Of a stretch of DNA of 64,000 nt, positions 17,750 through 27,934 are shown piece by piece. Made by a program: the position numbers and the translations under genes. The DNA is from an uncultured virus (IMG/VR IMGVR_UViG_3300031949_000026) (lineage: Duplodnaviria; Heunggongvirae; Uroviricota; Caudoviricetes). The DNA lies in IMG/VR virus record IMGVR_UViG_3300031949_000026. One strand, given 5' to 3'. Numbering within the stretch: position 1 is the stretch's first letter; every line of letters starts with the position of its first letter. The notes below the pieces were generated by a model, which searched no databases, was not told the DNA's origin, and was given only the letters and a program-made list of their open reading frames with translations.

Positions 17750-19678
17750 ATGAGCGAAATCGTCCCGCGCAAGGGTGCCGAGCCCGAACGCCTGCCCGGG
17801 GACGGTCCGTTCGTCGATATCGGACAATGGTACTGGCTCAAAATGTACAAGCGAGACGAGGAGGAGCGGGTCGCCTGCGTCACGCTCATCGGCTCGAACT
17901 TCGTCGAACTGGAGGACGCCTACGGGCATGGAAGCCGCGTCCACCTGGACGAGTTCGAGAAGAGGTGCCGCCGGGAGATGAACCCGGAGGCCGTGATCCG
18001 GGAGCGGATGGAGCACTATCGCGGCGTCGTCCGGGAGAAGCTGGGCGAGATCAAGGCGCTCACCGCGCGGCTTGGCGTGACGTCCCGCTTCAAGCTCGAA
18101 GAACATCCGGCCGCCGAGTCGTCCCGGTCCCTTTCGGTGCTTTCCGGAACGCCGGACCTCAAGAAGTACAAAAAGAGCCTGATCCATGCGAAGGACAAGG
18201 AGCTTCCGGCGCTTTTCAAGGAAGTCGAGGAGGCCCACGAGGGCCTCGTCGTCTGGATGAAGGCTCAGACGCTTTCGATGCAGGGCGCGGTGAACGGCAT
18301 GAAGGGCTGCATCGCGGAGATCGAGGGTCGGGTCTTCAACGTGTCGCTCTACGCCGGGCTCTCCGAGGAGGTCGTCCGGGTCGCCAAAGGCGCTCCGGCC
18401 GACATCGGGGAGAAGCTCCGGCTCATGCAGCGGCTCCTCTACATGGACGAGGAGTGCCTGCTCAACTACCAACACGGCGGGATGAAGTTCAAGCACATCG
18501 AGGAGTTCGATCGCTGGCTCGCGAAGCCCGAGAACGTGGCCCGCATCTTCCACTTTCCGCGCTCGATCGTGGCCTTCCGGGTGCGCCGGGAGAAAGTCGA
18601 GCACGACGATTGGGACGGGACGATCGAGCAGATCATGGTCCACTTCGGCGAGGAGGAGTTGAACAAGCTGACCTTCCTCTACATCCGGAACGGCCAGAAT
18701 ATCTATCGGCTCAACTGCGACCTGGAGTTCGACGATCTGATCTTCCCCGGAAAGGACGAACTCAACCTCGACGAGCCGATGCTGGCGAAGATGTTCTGCT
18801 CCCGGGTCGAGGAGGTCATTACGAAGCGGCACTACGAGGACCTCGTGAAGGAGCACGAAAAGGAGGAAAAGGAGCAGGAGGATTGGATCAAGGCCAATCC
18901 AGGGAAGCACACGATCCACGCGCCTCACGGAATCTTCGGGCCGGACTCCGGTCTGGATCGCTACGAGCCCTTCAACAAGTCGAGCGTCTACTACGACGAG
19001 ATCAAGGGGACGATCGAGAAGCGGATCAAGTATTACAACCGGATCGCGCTTATCATCCAGGGCCTCTTCGACCGGAGCGAGGTCCTTCATCCGCATCCTC
19101 CGGTCCGGCTCTGGAGTCCGGAGGGATTCGCCGCCGCCGTCGAACTCGTCTACGACGGATCGAACCTGCTCCACTACGGGGAAGCCCCGGACTTCGAGGC
19201 GTACCGGCGTGCGCGCAACGAATCTCTCAAGGAGGGTTCGGTCACGGTCGGGCAGGATAATTTCTGGTCGATCTGCGAGGCGAAGAAGGAATCGAACCGG
19301 ATGGACCGGGACTGGCGTGTCAAGGGCTACTGGCGGCCGAGCCAGTTTCGGCCCTACGGGAACCCCGGGCCGGGCTATCTTGCGAAGATCGTCCGCTGGA
19401 CGCCGAGGTCCAGGAAGGCGGTCTTTCGCTGGACGCGAAAGCGCCGCGCGCCGGACTATTGGAAAGATCAGAAGTACGGGGACCCGATTCCCGCATCGGT
19501 CGAGGTGCCGGACATGGAACTTTTCAACGTGTCGGCCTACAAGCCGGGCGACTTCAAGCGGTTCTTTGCGGACCCGCGGACCCGCGCGCAGTACATGAAG
19601 TGGGCTCCGCTTCTTTTGGCGGCCGAGGAGTACCACGCGGGCAACATGAAGGTCGGGTCGTCGGTGGAGGATGAGTAA
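17750..19678 (+). CDS. large hypothetical phage protein
   Basis: 642-aa ORF with coding-like composition; LMQRLLYMDEE, QGLFDRS. Confidence 0.75.
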   Translation: MSEIVPRKGAEPERLPGDGPFVDIGQWYWLKMYKRDEEERVACVTLIGSNFVELEDAYGHGSRVHLDEFEKRCRREMNPEAVIRERMEHYRGVVREKLGEIKALTARLGVTSRFKLEEHPAAESSRSLSVLSGTPDLKKYKKSLIHAKDKELPALFKEVEEAHEGLVVWMKAQTLSMQGAVNGMKGCIAEIEGRVFNVSLYAGLSEEVVRVAKGAPADIGEKLRLMQRLLYMDEECLLNYQHGGMKFKHIEEFDRWLAKPENVARIFHFPRSIVAFRVRREKVEHDDWDGTIEQIMVHFGEEELNKLTFLYIRNGQNIYRLNCDLEFDDLIFPGKDELNLDEPMLAKMFCSRVEEVITKRHYEDLVKEHEKEEKEQEDWIKANPGKHTIHAPHGIFGPDSGLDRYEPFNKSSVYYDEIKGTIEKRIKYYNRIALIIQGLFDRSEVLHPHPPVRLWSPEGFAAAVELVYDGSNLLHYGEAPDFEAYRRARNESLKEGSVTVGQDNFWSICEAKKESNRMDRDWRVKGYWRPSQFRPYGNPGPGYLAKIVRWTPRSRKAVFRWTRKRRAPDYWKDQKYGDPIPASVEVPDMELFNVSAYKPGDFKRFFADPRTRAQYMKWAPLLLAAEEYHAGNMKVGSSVEDE

Positions 19679-19913
19679 GGTGCCTGAAGAAATCTGCGAG
19701 AAATGCAAGCGTCCGCATCCGTCCCATTGGGCGGTCCCCTTCACGCTGCCGCCGCAGTTCCCCGGCCTTCGCGCGATGCACAAGGCCGGGTACATCTGCG
19801 ATTGGTGCTGGCGGGACTACAAGGGCCGGAGGCGGCCGATGGCCGACGAGTGGAAGGCGGGGCGGTTCCTTCATTCCTTCGCGGGGATTCCGGCGCTCAC
19901 GAAAAGGAGGTGA
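19671..19913 (+). CDS. small zinc-finger protein
   Basis: CEKC...CDWC. Confidence 0.5.
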   Translation: MSKVPEEICEKCKRPHPSHWAVPFTLPPQFPGLRAMHKAGYICDWCWRDYKGRRRPMADEWKAGRFLHSFAGIPALTKRR

Positions 19914-19916
19914 ACG

Positions 19917-20669
19917 ATGGGAGCCTGGGGCTACGATCACTTTGACAGCGACTCGGCGCTTGACTGGATCGGATTCAAGATCGAGCGGCCGATCGTTCGC
20001 GCGATCGAGCATGAGATCATACATTTCCTCAAGAGGAAGGTCCGTCCGATCGAGGTTCGCGTGCTCGATCCCGAGAAGAAAAAGGAGTACGAGGTCTGGA
20101 GCAAGAGGAACCGCCCCCGGCGTCTCCGCAGGCCGAGGAAATTCCGCTACAGCCCCGAGGCAAAATCTTGGATGAAGGAGTGGAGGTCTTTCCAGAAGAC
20201 CGTCAAGCGCCCCGGTCGTTCGCGAGGGCACCACGAAGCGGAAGCGGCGGTGGCGCTCCTGGACCAACTGACCCCGTACAGAAACAGCTACTACCTCTTC
20301 GTGTGGACGAAGAAGTTCAAGGGGTTCCGCGGTCTTCTGGGTGGACGCAGGAAGCGCGTCACCGCAAAGACGCCCGGCGCGAAGCAGCGGCGCGGAGACT
20401 CCCCGGTGGACGTCTCCCTCCACTACGCGGCCGAGCAGCGGAGGCTCTACACGCTCGCGGCGCGCGCGGTCCAGGCGCTTATCGACGACGAATGCTGGAT
20501 CGGTTCGTGGAGGAATCCCGAGGGGAAGCGCAAATCGCTTCTGGTCCTTCTTGGCTCCCTCTTGAAGAAGCGAAGGAACGAAACGACGAACAAGGAGCGA
20601 GCGGCCCTCGCGAGCCTCGGCCTTCGTCGTCGTGGCCGGTCAAGAAAGCTCACGAGCACAAGGAGCTAG
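19917..20669 (+). CDS. DUF4259-like basic protein
   Basis: N-terminus MGAWGYDHFDSDSALDW; AGGAGG RBS. Confidence 0.6.
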   Translation: MGAWGYDHFDSDSALDWIGFKIERPIVRAIEHEIIHFLKRKVRPIEVRVLDPEKKKEYEVWSKRNRPRRLRRPRKFRYSPEAKSWMKEWRSFQKTVKRPGRSRGHHEAEAAVALLDQLTPYRNSYYLFVWTKKFKGFRGLLGGRRKRVTAKTPGAKQRRGDSPVDVSLHYAAEQRRLYTLAARAVQALIDDECWIGSWRNPEGKRKSLLVLLGSLLKKRRNETTNKERAALASLGLRRRGRSRKLTSTRS

Positions 20670-20672
20670 AAG

Positions 20673-21143
20673 ATGCCGCGCCCGAGAGCCCCGCTTGACC
20701 TCCCCCGGGAATTTCCGATCTCGCTCGACGAGTCCCTCAAGAGGCTCTTCCAGGAGAACGGGCTTGAGTTCGCCAACGCGATCAAGCAATCGAAAGTCCA
20801 GATGCGGGTGATGTTTCAGATGTCAAACGGCTCCTACTGGCACATCGAGGCGGAGGTTCCTCTCTCCTGGAAGTCCATCGTCGAGCACGACGACATTTTT
20901 TACGATGCGATCGTTCGTTCGCTCAAGGAGTGGCTCATGATGCGCCGGGAGCGTGGATTCATGCTCATGGCCCGGAGCATGGCGGCGCTCATCCCGAAAG
21001 ACGCGACGACGGTCTCTTCAGACTACGACCGGGCGGCCGGAGGTGCGGTTTGCTCGAAGTGTGGTTTGGAGTTCGTCGAGCATCCGACCGGAATGTTGGA
21101 GTTTCTCCATCTTATTTGCGACGGAAAGCAGGTAAAGCTCTAA
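20673..21143 (+). CDS. hypothetical protein
   Basis: C-terminal RAAGGAVCSKCG...LHLICDG..VKL. Confidence 0.6.
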   Translation: MPRPRAPLDLPREFPISLDESLKRLFQENGLEFANAIKQSKVQMRVMFQMSNGSYWHIEAEVPLSWKSIVEHDDIFYDAIVRSLKEWLMMRRERGFMLMARSMAALIPKDATTVSSDYDRAAGGAVCSKCGLEFVEHPTGMLEFLHLICDGKQVKL

Positions 21144-21646
21144 TGAAGCTCGTCCTTCGCAACGGGGAAACCGGCACGGCCATGCTATCGGCTGACGGGA
21201 AGTACCGCTACCGGCTCACGCGCCGTTGGGATGGCGGCCAGGGAAAGCGGGTCCTCTGGATCATGCTCAACCCCTCGACGGCCGACCACGAGACGAACGA
21301 TCCGACGATCACCCGTTGCATCGGGTTCTCGAAGCGTCTCGGAGCCTCCTCCCTCGTCGTCGTCAACCTCTTCGCGTACCGCGCCACGAATCCGAAGGAG
21401 CTTCTCTGCGTAGACGATCCGATCGGACCCGAGAACATTTCGATCCTCAAGACCGCCGTGCTCGGATGCGATACGGCGATCGCCGCCTGGGGTGCGCTCT
21501 CGAACGAACTCTGGATGAAGGCGGAAGGGTCGCGTGCGATCGCGAAGCAGTGGAGCGGTCTTTCTTGCCTCGGGAAAACGAAGTCGGGCGCTCCCCGCCA
21601 TCCTCTTTATTTGCCCTCCAGTCAAGGATTGGAGTGCTGGCCGTGA
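21143..21646 (+). CDS. DUF1643-family protein
   Basis: YRYRLTRRW, IMLNPSTAD, DPTI, NLFAYRAT, AAWG, PRHPLY. Confidence 0.88.
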   Translation: MKLVLRNGETGTAMLSADGKYRYRLTRRWDGGQGKRVLWIMLNPSTADHETNDPTITRCIGFSKRLGASSLVVVNLFAYRATNPKELLCVDDPIGPENISILKTAVLGCDTAIAAWGALSNELWMKAEGSRAIAKQWSGLSCLGKTKSGAPRHPLYLPSSQGLECWP

Positions 21647-22002
21647 TGCGCGGGCACAAGCTCGTCAAGGTCGGGTTTTGGAAGGACATCCGGAGCCTTC
21701 TTTCTATCCTGGATTTCCGGCCGGACCCTCGGCGGCTCGTCGGAGACGTGTTCAGCGACGAGACCTTGGAAACGATCGCGCGCTACCTCGATCATGGGCG
21801 AAAGATCGAGTCGTGCCTGGGCTTCTCGTACTGCCGCTTCGGATGCGGCGTTCCGGACACGGAGATGGGGGCCGCGGACCTCTCGGACGGGGCTTTCGTG
21901 TGGCCGGAGGGTCTCTCGCATTACGTCCGGGTCCACCACGTCGCGCTCCCGAACGAGTTTCTGAAACACATCCTTCTCATGATCCAGAGAGAAAGTCGGT
22001 GA
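21646..22002 (+). CDS. conserved hypothetical protein
   Basis: GFSYCRFGC...DGAFVWPEGLSHYVRVH. Confidence 0.7.
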   Translation: MRGHKLVKVGFWKDIRSLLSILDFRPDPRRLVGDVFSDETLETIARYLDHGRKIESCLGFSYCRFGCGVPDTEMGAADLSDGAFVWPEGLSHYVRVHHVALPNEFLKHILLMIQRESR

Positions 22003-22949
22003 GCGAATGCTATGTGAAGGATGCGGAAATCCGGTGATCGACGGGACTTGCGCCTGCCCCGGGATCGCGCCTGACCTGAAGGCCGAGGTCGCCAAGCTCC
22101 GGCCGAGGTGGAGAGCATCGCTAAGGTATCCAAAACACCAAGTACGGTCGAGCTTGCCCGTCTTGCTCTTGATGGGAGATGGACCGAAAAGCGGAAGTGC
22201 GCCTCCATGATGGGCGATGGGTCGGAATGCGGGTACGACCTTCCATGCCCGATTGTCACGCACGGCGTCGCTGAAATCGGAAGGTCTTGAGAGCTATTCG
22301 ATGAAGGACGCGAAGAGATTCCTGGCGGCGTTTCTGATGGTCAACCTAATGTTCGGCGTCGGGGCGCTCATGGGTTTCTTGCTGAGGTGTAATGACCCAT
22401 CTCGCGTTGGACTGATCTCGGCGCTAGTGCTGGTGATGTACGAGGCGCTCGATAAGGAGCGCAAATCGTGAAGACGAAGACGCGGCGGTTGAGGTTCAAG
22501 TACCGCATGAGCCGGGAGTGCGCCGCGTTTCTTCGCTTGGTGGCGGCCTTCCAGAAGGAGTCGAGGAGGAGCCCGATTCGGGTTCACTAACCATGACGCA
22601 CGAGCATCGGTGGAGCCGATGGGCCTGGGGGCCTTTACAGGGCGTCTATTCGCGGTTCTGTCTCGAGTGCGGCCATAAGGAAGAGGCGAAGGAGCTTCGT
22701 ACTACATGACCATCCAGAAGCTAACCAAGAGGCAAATCCGCCGTAGACTGAGGGCCGGATGGTCCGCTTGGACGGCCATGAGCAAACCTTTACGGAAGCG
22801 CAGATCATGAGGTTTGGGACTGACGAGATGTACCTCTGGAACCAAGCCATTTTGGAGGTTGCCAGAAAGGATATCAAGGCTGAGGAATTGGCCTTCTACC
22901 TATGTTGGCTGGAATGCCTATGGGACCCGGAGATGTGGGAGCGTGAATC

Positions 22950-23360
22950 ATGACAACGACGCCTCGCATGTACTACTTCGGCCCCTGGGACCAGCCGGGC
23001 CATTACCTGCATGACGAATCGGGCCGAGTCCTCTGGCGGGAAGAGGAGATCGGCCTCCCGTGGACAGGCGGTCAGATTGACGGCCGCCTCCAACCCGGCT
23101 GCGTGCCGGGGGGATCATCTTACGCAAGACGGGGTCCAGAGGTTGAAGGGGACGCCCTCCTTCACCGCAAGGCGGGTTGGACCGCCATCTCCTTCTGGGA
23201 TCGTAGCGTCGATACTCGGGGCGCGTGCAACAGCACCTACATGGCCGAGGGGGAGTTCACCTTCGAGCAGATGGTCGAGATGGCGAAGGCACGTTTCGCT
23301 GTGCGCTGGAACCGGATGAAGTTCGAAGTACGTGAATCCCAAGAAATGGATTTGAGATGA
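22950..23360 (+). CDS. hypothetical phage protein
   Basis: YYFG..GHYL, GWTAISFWDRSVDTRGACNS. Confidence 0.65.
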   Translation: MTTTPRMYYFGPWDQPGHYLHDESGRVLWREEEIGLPWTGGQIDGRLQPGCVPGGSSYARRGPEVEGDALLHRKAGWTAISFWDRSVDTRGACNSTYMAEGEFTFEQMVEMAKARFAVRWNRMKFEVRESQEMDLR

Positions 23361-23731
23361 GAGTGTGTAAGACCTGCGGCGGGAACGCCGATTCTGGTTG
23401 CGGACCGACGAGTAGCGGCGACGAGCACTACGCAAAAGGCGACTGCCTCGGTGTCCTCTTGAAAGAGAGAACCTTGCTGCGGGACGCCATCGACAAGAGC
23501 AACGCGGCGCTGGCGGAGGCGGTGAAGGTCAAAGAAGAGCGTGGCCGCTTGAAGTCTCAGGTCGATGAACTGCGCGGGGCTCTGTACGCCCTTCTTCATC
23601 ATGCGACGAAGCCTCAACCCAGAGACGAGGAGGAGCAGGAGCAGGTCATAGCAAAAGTAGCCAAGGCCCTCAAGAGCGCCGGGAAGCTGGCAGAAGAGGG
23701 AGCTTCCGGTTCGGAGGAACATAAGCCGTGA
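23357..23731 (+). CDS. hypothetical coiled-coil protein
   Basis: ATGA coupling. Confidence 0.55.
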   Translation: MRVCKTCGGNADSGCGPTSSGDEHYAKGDCLGVLLKERTLLRDAIDKSNAALAEAVKVKEERGRLKSQVDELRGALYALLHHATKPQPRDEEEQEQVIAKVAKALKSAGKLAEEGASGSEEHKP

Positions 23732-24000
23732 AGAAGAACGACTTCCTCAAGAAGTGGGCCAAACGCGCCTCCGGCGAGAAGTCCGTCGAGGAGTTCGAGC
23801 GGGACGTGGAATCGGTTCTCGCGACGACGATCCGCGCGGCGATCCGCGGGGTGGCCCGCGGGATCGACGAGGCCGCCGGACACCTCAACTGGAAAGATGC
23901 GGCGCTTCTTCGTGGGGTTGCGAACTCGGTCGCGCCCGCCGTCGAACGCGCGATCATGAAGCTGAACGGGATCGAAGAAGAAGGGGAAAAGAAGCCATGA
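23728..24000 (+). CDS. hypothetical protein
   Basis: GTGA coupling; GGAGG RBS. Confidence 0.55.
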   Translation: MKKNDFLKKWAKRASGEKSVEEFERDVESVLATTIRAAIRGVARGIDEAAGHLNWKDAALLRGVANSVAPAVERAIMKLNGIEEEGEKKP

Positions 24001-24314
24001 TGACGATCGCGGAGATCCAGGAGCATGTTCGTCTTGCCTGGACGAACGAAACCTACTCGAAGGAGTTCAACGGGTCCGGGATCTCCCACAAGGACTTCGG
24101 GCACGCTCTCCTTCACGTCATGAAGGCGGCCGGGAAGCTCGCCGCGATTGTCGATGACGCGGACCACGGAAAGACGAACACGGATCAGGCGGGAAAGCTC
24201 CTTGCCGATCTCGTCATCTGTGCGGCCCGAGCCGCGAACTGCTCCGGCTACGCTCTGGGGGTGTGTGTCGATCAAAGACTCAAGGAAAAGCTGCCCCTTC
24301 CGGGAAAGTCCTGA
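23997..24314 (+). CDS. MazG-like all-alpha protein (degenerate)
   Basis: MTIAEIQ...ALLHVMKAAGKLA...LADLVICA pattern, but catalytic Glu residues are not evident. Confidence 0.45.
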   Translation: MMTIAEIQEHVRLAWTNETYSKEFNGSGISHKDFGHALLHVMKAAGKLAAIVDDADHGKTNTDQAGKLLADLVICAARAANCSGYALGVCVDQRLKEKLPLPGKS

Positions 24315-24365
24315 CTAAGCCGTACCTGTGTCCTGGGCAAGAAAAAGAAGAAGAAGGAGAAGATC

Positions 24366-25178
24366 ATGCGCCGCGTCGAGCCGAGCATCTATCTGGTCGG
24401 TGAATCCCAACTCCACGAGGCCGAGGTAGAGAGGTATCTCTCGGAAGCCTACGGCAAGGAAGGGGAGGGCTGGTTCAAGGACAATATCGGTGAGGGTCGT
24501 GACCCCAACAACCCTTCTGGCTCGGAACTCATCACCGAGATCATGGGCCGCCTTTGCTACCGTTCCTTCGCGCCGGGCCTGAATAAGAACGTCACGAAGA
24601 TCCGCGATGGAAACCTGGAGTACATCGGCAACATCTTGAAACAAAAGCATGGCTCCGTCATCGAGCACGGCTCGACGAACTGGATCATCCGGGACGTGTC
24701 GAGGGTCTTCACCCACGAACTCGTCCGGCACCGGGCCGGGGTCGCCGTGAGCCAGGAGTCGCTCCGCTACGTCCGCGGGGACGACCTGGGGCTCTGGCTT
24801 CCGAAGGACCCGGCGATCACGCCGGAGATCGAGGCGCTCTGTGAAAAGAAATTCCTGTCCGACGAGGAGTTCTACCGGCTGCTTTCCGGGAAGCTCGGCA
24901 TGGACGATCCCGGCTGCGGCTTCGAGTACAAGAAGAAGTGGACGAGCTTCCTCCGGCGTTTCCTCCCGCAGGGCATGGCGACCACGATCGGGATCACGAT
25001 CAACTTCCGGGCGCTCCGGCACGTCCTGGAGATGCGGACGGCCGCAGGCGCGGAAGTCGAGATCCGGGTCGTCTTCGACGCGATCGCCGTCGTCGCGAAG
25101 GAACGCTGGCCTGCGTTCATGCAGGACTTCGACAAGTCTGAAAAAGGCGAGTGGGTCCCCAAGCACTCGAAGGTCTAG
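24366..25178 (+). CDS. thyX: flavin-dependent thymidylate synthase
   Basis: HGSVIEH, SRVFTHELVRHR, SQESLRYV, NFRALRH, AEVEIR. Confidence 0.95.
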   Translation: MRRVEPSIYLVGESQLHEAEVERYLSEAYGKEGEGWFKDNIGEGRDPNNPSGSELITEIMGRLCYRSFAPGLNKNVTKIRDGNLEYIGNILKQKHGSVIEHGSTNWIIRDVSRVFTHELVRHRAGVAVSQESLRYVRGDDLGLWLPKDPAITPEIEALCEKKFLSDEEFYRLLSGKLGMDDPGCGFEYKKKWTSFLRRFLPQGMATTIGITINFRALRHVLEMRTAAGAEVEIRVVFDAIAVVAKERWPAFMQDFDKSEKGEWVPKHSKV

Positions 25179-25591
25179 GGAGGAAGGGATGGACCCGAAG
25201 AAGCTGGAGCGGCTCCTGAACGCCGTCAAGCGGGCGCTCGTCGAGCGGGGGAAGAAGACCTGCCCGATCGGGGAGGGCACGCATGAGGCGCTGCTCGACG
25301 AGTTTGTACGAGCAGCCGTCGAGCAGGTCAAGAAGTGAACGTGTATACGTCGAGTTCAGAGCGACGGGAAGTGCTTGCTCTGGCTCCGATCGTCCGCTAG
25401 GCTAGGGAACGAATTGTGCCTAAGAAAAAACGGCTTCGCCGCGTGATCTGCCGGGTTCACTCCTGGCGGGAGCTTCCGATCCGGATTCCGGCCCGCGTGA
25501 AGGGGGAGGACGGGTACAGGCTCCTTCGTCGGTGTCTGCTCTGCAAGATGAACCGGCCGGGACGTTTCGTGAGGATCGAGGCGGCGGTCGT

Positions 25592-26095
25592 ATGAGCGTG
25601 ACGCCGGGGTGCCAGAGGTGCGGGCAGGTCCACTATCCGATGAAGTTCAAGATCGGGGACCGGGTGCGTGCGCTTTCGATGATGCCGCACATCCTCGAAT
25701 GCAATCCGTATGGATGCGACAAGGTGGATCACACCGGGGACGCGGGGATCGTCGTCCGTGCCGCCTTCTGGGATTCGATCTTGAGCGGCGGCTACATCGT
25801 GAATTTCGAGCCTGATCCCGAGAAGTCCTGGGAACAGGCTCCGTTTGACGAGTGCATGTTGGAGGGAGCGTCGATGCCGATCGAAGGGAAGTACGGCCGG
25901 GTCACGACCGAACGCAAAACGATCCCCGAGGACGAGCCGGTCTTCCTGCTCCGGGCGCAGGACAAGCTCGCGTCTCCCGCGGTCCGGATGTACGCGGCGA
26001 TGCGCCGTGCCTCCGGGGACGAGGAGGGGGCGGCCCAATGCGAAGCGATCGCCCGGCTCATGGAATCCTGGCCGGTCAAGAAGCAGCCGGACTAG
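25592..26095 (+). CDS. hypothetical protein
   Basis: FKIGDRV N-part; DEPVFLLRAQD C-part; may have an internal start. Confidence 0.55.
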   Translation: MSVTPGCQRCGQVHYPMKFKIGDRVRALSMMPHILECNPYGCDKVDHTGDAGIVVRAAFWDSILSGGYIVNFEPDPEKSWEQAPFDECMLEGASMPIEGKYGRVTTERKTIPEDEPVFLLRAQDKLASPAVRMYAAMRRASGDEEGAAQCEAIARLMESWPVKKQPD

Positions 26096-26098
26096 GCC

Positions 26099-26710
26099 AT
26101 GAAAATCTTCCTCGACTTCGAGTTCATGGAGGACGGCCGGACGATCGAGCCGATTTCGATCGGCCTCGTCGCGGAGGGGCGGGTAGAGATCGGCCGGGAG
26201 TATTACGCCGAGTTCGCCGGAGCGGACCTCGCGAAGGCGAACCCCTTCGTCCGGGAGCACGTCATCCCGAAGCTGAAAGGCGGCGATGCGGTCAAGACGC
26301 TGGGGGAGATCCGCGGGGACATCCTCGGCTTCGTCGGCGTCTCGAAGCCGGAGTTCTGGGGGTACTACGCGGACTACGATTGGGTCGCCTTCTGCCAGAT
26401 TTTCGGGAAGATGATCGACCTTCCGAAGGACTGGCCGATGTACTGCCGCGACCTCAAGCAGTTCGCCGTGGACCTCGGCAATCCGAAGCTTCTGACCGGA
26501 GGAAAGAACGAGCACAACGCGCTTGCGGACGCGCGCTGGAATGCGAAGACCTGGGGATTCCTCGACGCGCTCCGGCAGGCCCGCGAGGACGAGACCCGCT
26601 GGAAGGGGCTCGTCCGGGCCGTCGTCTTCAAAGACAAGGGCAGCGGGAACTACGGCATCACCGCCAACCCCGCGGCCCTGGAAGCCCTCTACAAGCTCGT
26701 CCATCTATAG
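26099..26710 (+). CDS. DEDDh 3'-5' exoribonuclease (RNase AS/DUF5051-like)
   Basis: IFLDFEF, ISIGLV, YADYDW, HNALADARWN. Confidence 0.88.
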   Translation: MKIFLDFEFMEDGRTIEPISIGLVAEGRVEIGREYYAEFAGADLAKANPFVREHVIPKLKGGDAVKTLGEIRGDILGFVGVSKPEFWGYYADYDWVAFCQIFGKMIDLPKDWPMYCRDLKQFAVDLGNPKLLTGGKNEHNALADARWNAKTWGFLDALRQAREDETRWKGLVRAVVFKDKGSGNYGITANPAALEALYKLVHL

Positions 26711-26731
26711 GAATTTGTAGAAGAGGATGCC

Positions 26732-26947
26732 GTGGAGGACAACATCAAGGTCGCCTGGAGCAAGGGAGGAACCTGCTTCAAGTGCGAGAAGGCGATCCGT
26801 GACGGGGAAAAGGTGATCCGGTTCTCGTTCAACGTGAGCATCCCGATCCTCGGGAAGCACCGGATGAGCGAGGAGGCTCACGTTGACTGCGCCGGGCAGT
26901 TCTACATGCTGCTCGGGCAGCGGGTTATGGAAGCGCACCGGAAATAG
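26732..26947 (+). CDS. small zinc-binding protein
   Basis: CFKC...HVDC. Confidence 0.55.
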   Translation: MEDNIKVAWSKGGTCFKCEKAIRDGEKVIRFSFNVSIPILGKHRMSEEAHVDCAGQFYMLLGQRVMEAHRK

Positions 26948-26966
26948 AGGGAAGGAGACCGCTACG

Positions 26967-27578
26967 ATGGACGCCGACAGACATGCGATCCCGCTCCCAC
27001 AGCAGAAGTGGTACAAGGGCATTCTGTTCGATACGCTGCGGATTCGTCCCTTCGGCACCGTCAAGGAAAACCTGTTCGAGGACATTCAGAAATTTCCAGA
27101 CGGAGAACCGAAGACGGCGGGACTTCACACGAACCTCTCCCAATACGGGTGCCTCGGAGCACCGAGAGCTTTCCAAGTCTTCCATTGGGGGGTCGCCTTC
27201 GAGGGATGGCAGAGCAGCCGGGATATCCGGAGTGTGCTCGGTAATCTCAGGCTGCGGCTTGTCTTCGGCGGCGACACGACGATGGAGGAGAGCGCGTTGT
27301 CCGCGTTCCCCCCGGCGCTGTTTGTTACGGATGGGATCGCTTCCCGGCAGATCGAGGATGAGCAGGCGATCGCCTGTCTCAAAGTGATTAGCGAGGGAGG
27401 CATCTGGACGAACTACCTTCGATGCATTTCCAGCGTGAAGGGTACGTCGCTTTTCATCGACTCGACGACATCTTTTAGGGTGGAGGCGCAGATGCTTCCG
27501 TGGGACCTCGACGGCCCTGTCTCGTTGAAGGTGATGTTGACGGGATTGGATTTGAAGTACGGGTCGCCGCCCTGGTAG
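26967..27578 (+). CDS. paralogue of the capsid-candidate protein at 54805-55443
   Basis: colinear motif matches by eye (see findings); AAGGAG RBS. Confidence 0.65.
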   Translation: MDADRHAIPLPQQKWYKGILFDTLRIRPFGTVKENLFEDIQKFPDGEPKTAGLHTNLSQYGCLGAPRAFQVFHWGVAFEGWQSSRDIRSVLGNLRLRLVFGGDTTMEESALSAFPPALFVTDGIASRQIEDEQAIACLKVISEGGIWTNYLRCISSVKGTSLFIDSTTSFRVEAQMLPWDLDGPVSLKVMLTGLDLKYGSPPW

Positions 27579-27606
27579 TGGTGGCACAAAGGAGCTAGAG
27601 AGTCTC

Positions 27607-27816
27607 ATGCCGATTGAGCTTCGAGGGAAGTATTGGACGGTTCACGAAGTCGCCCGAAAGATCGGCAGGGCGGCGCAAACCGTTAGGAACATGATCCGCG
27701 ACGGAAGGATTCCTTGGGTCGTGAAGTTCGATTTGAACGACAATAAGATGGTGTACCTGATCCACGACCGTTCCGTCAGGCGGTTGGTGCAACTCATTCG
27801 CGGGAGGCGCAAGTGA
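27607..27816 (+). CDS. helix-turn-helix DNA-binding protein (excisionase/MerR-like)
   Basis: WTVHEVARKIGRAAQTVRNMIRDGRIP. Confidence 0.8.
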   Translation: MPIELRGKYWTVHEVARKIGRAAQTVRNMIRDGRIPWVVKFDLNDNKMVYLIHDRSVRRLVQLIRGRRK

Positions 27817-27934
27817 GACCTGAATGCGAGTGGTACGGACGCGGACACCGATACGAAAAAGTCGGGAAGAAGGTGGTCTGCATCTATTGTGGCAAGCCGA
27901 AGAAAAAAGCGCGGAAGTGATTCTTCAAGGGGAA

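Noticed and set aside
27607..27816. Excisionase implying an integration module
   Set aside because: No integrase or att site seen; treated as a generic HTH protein
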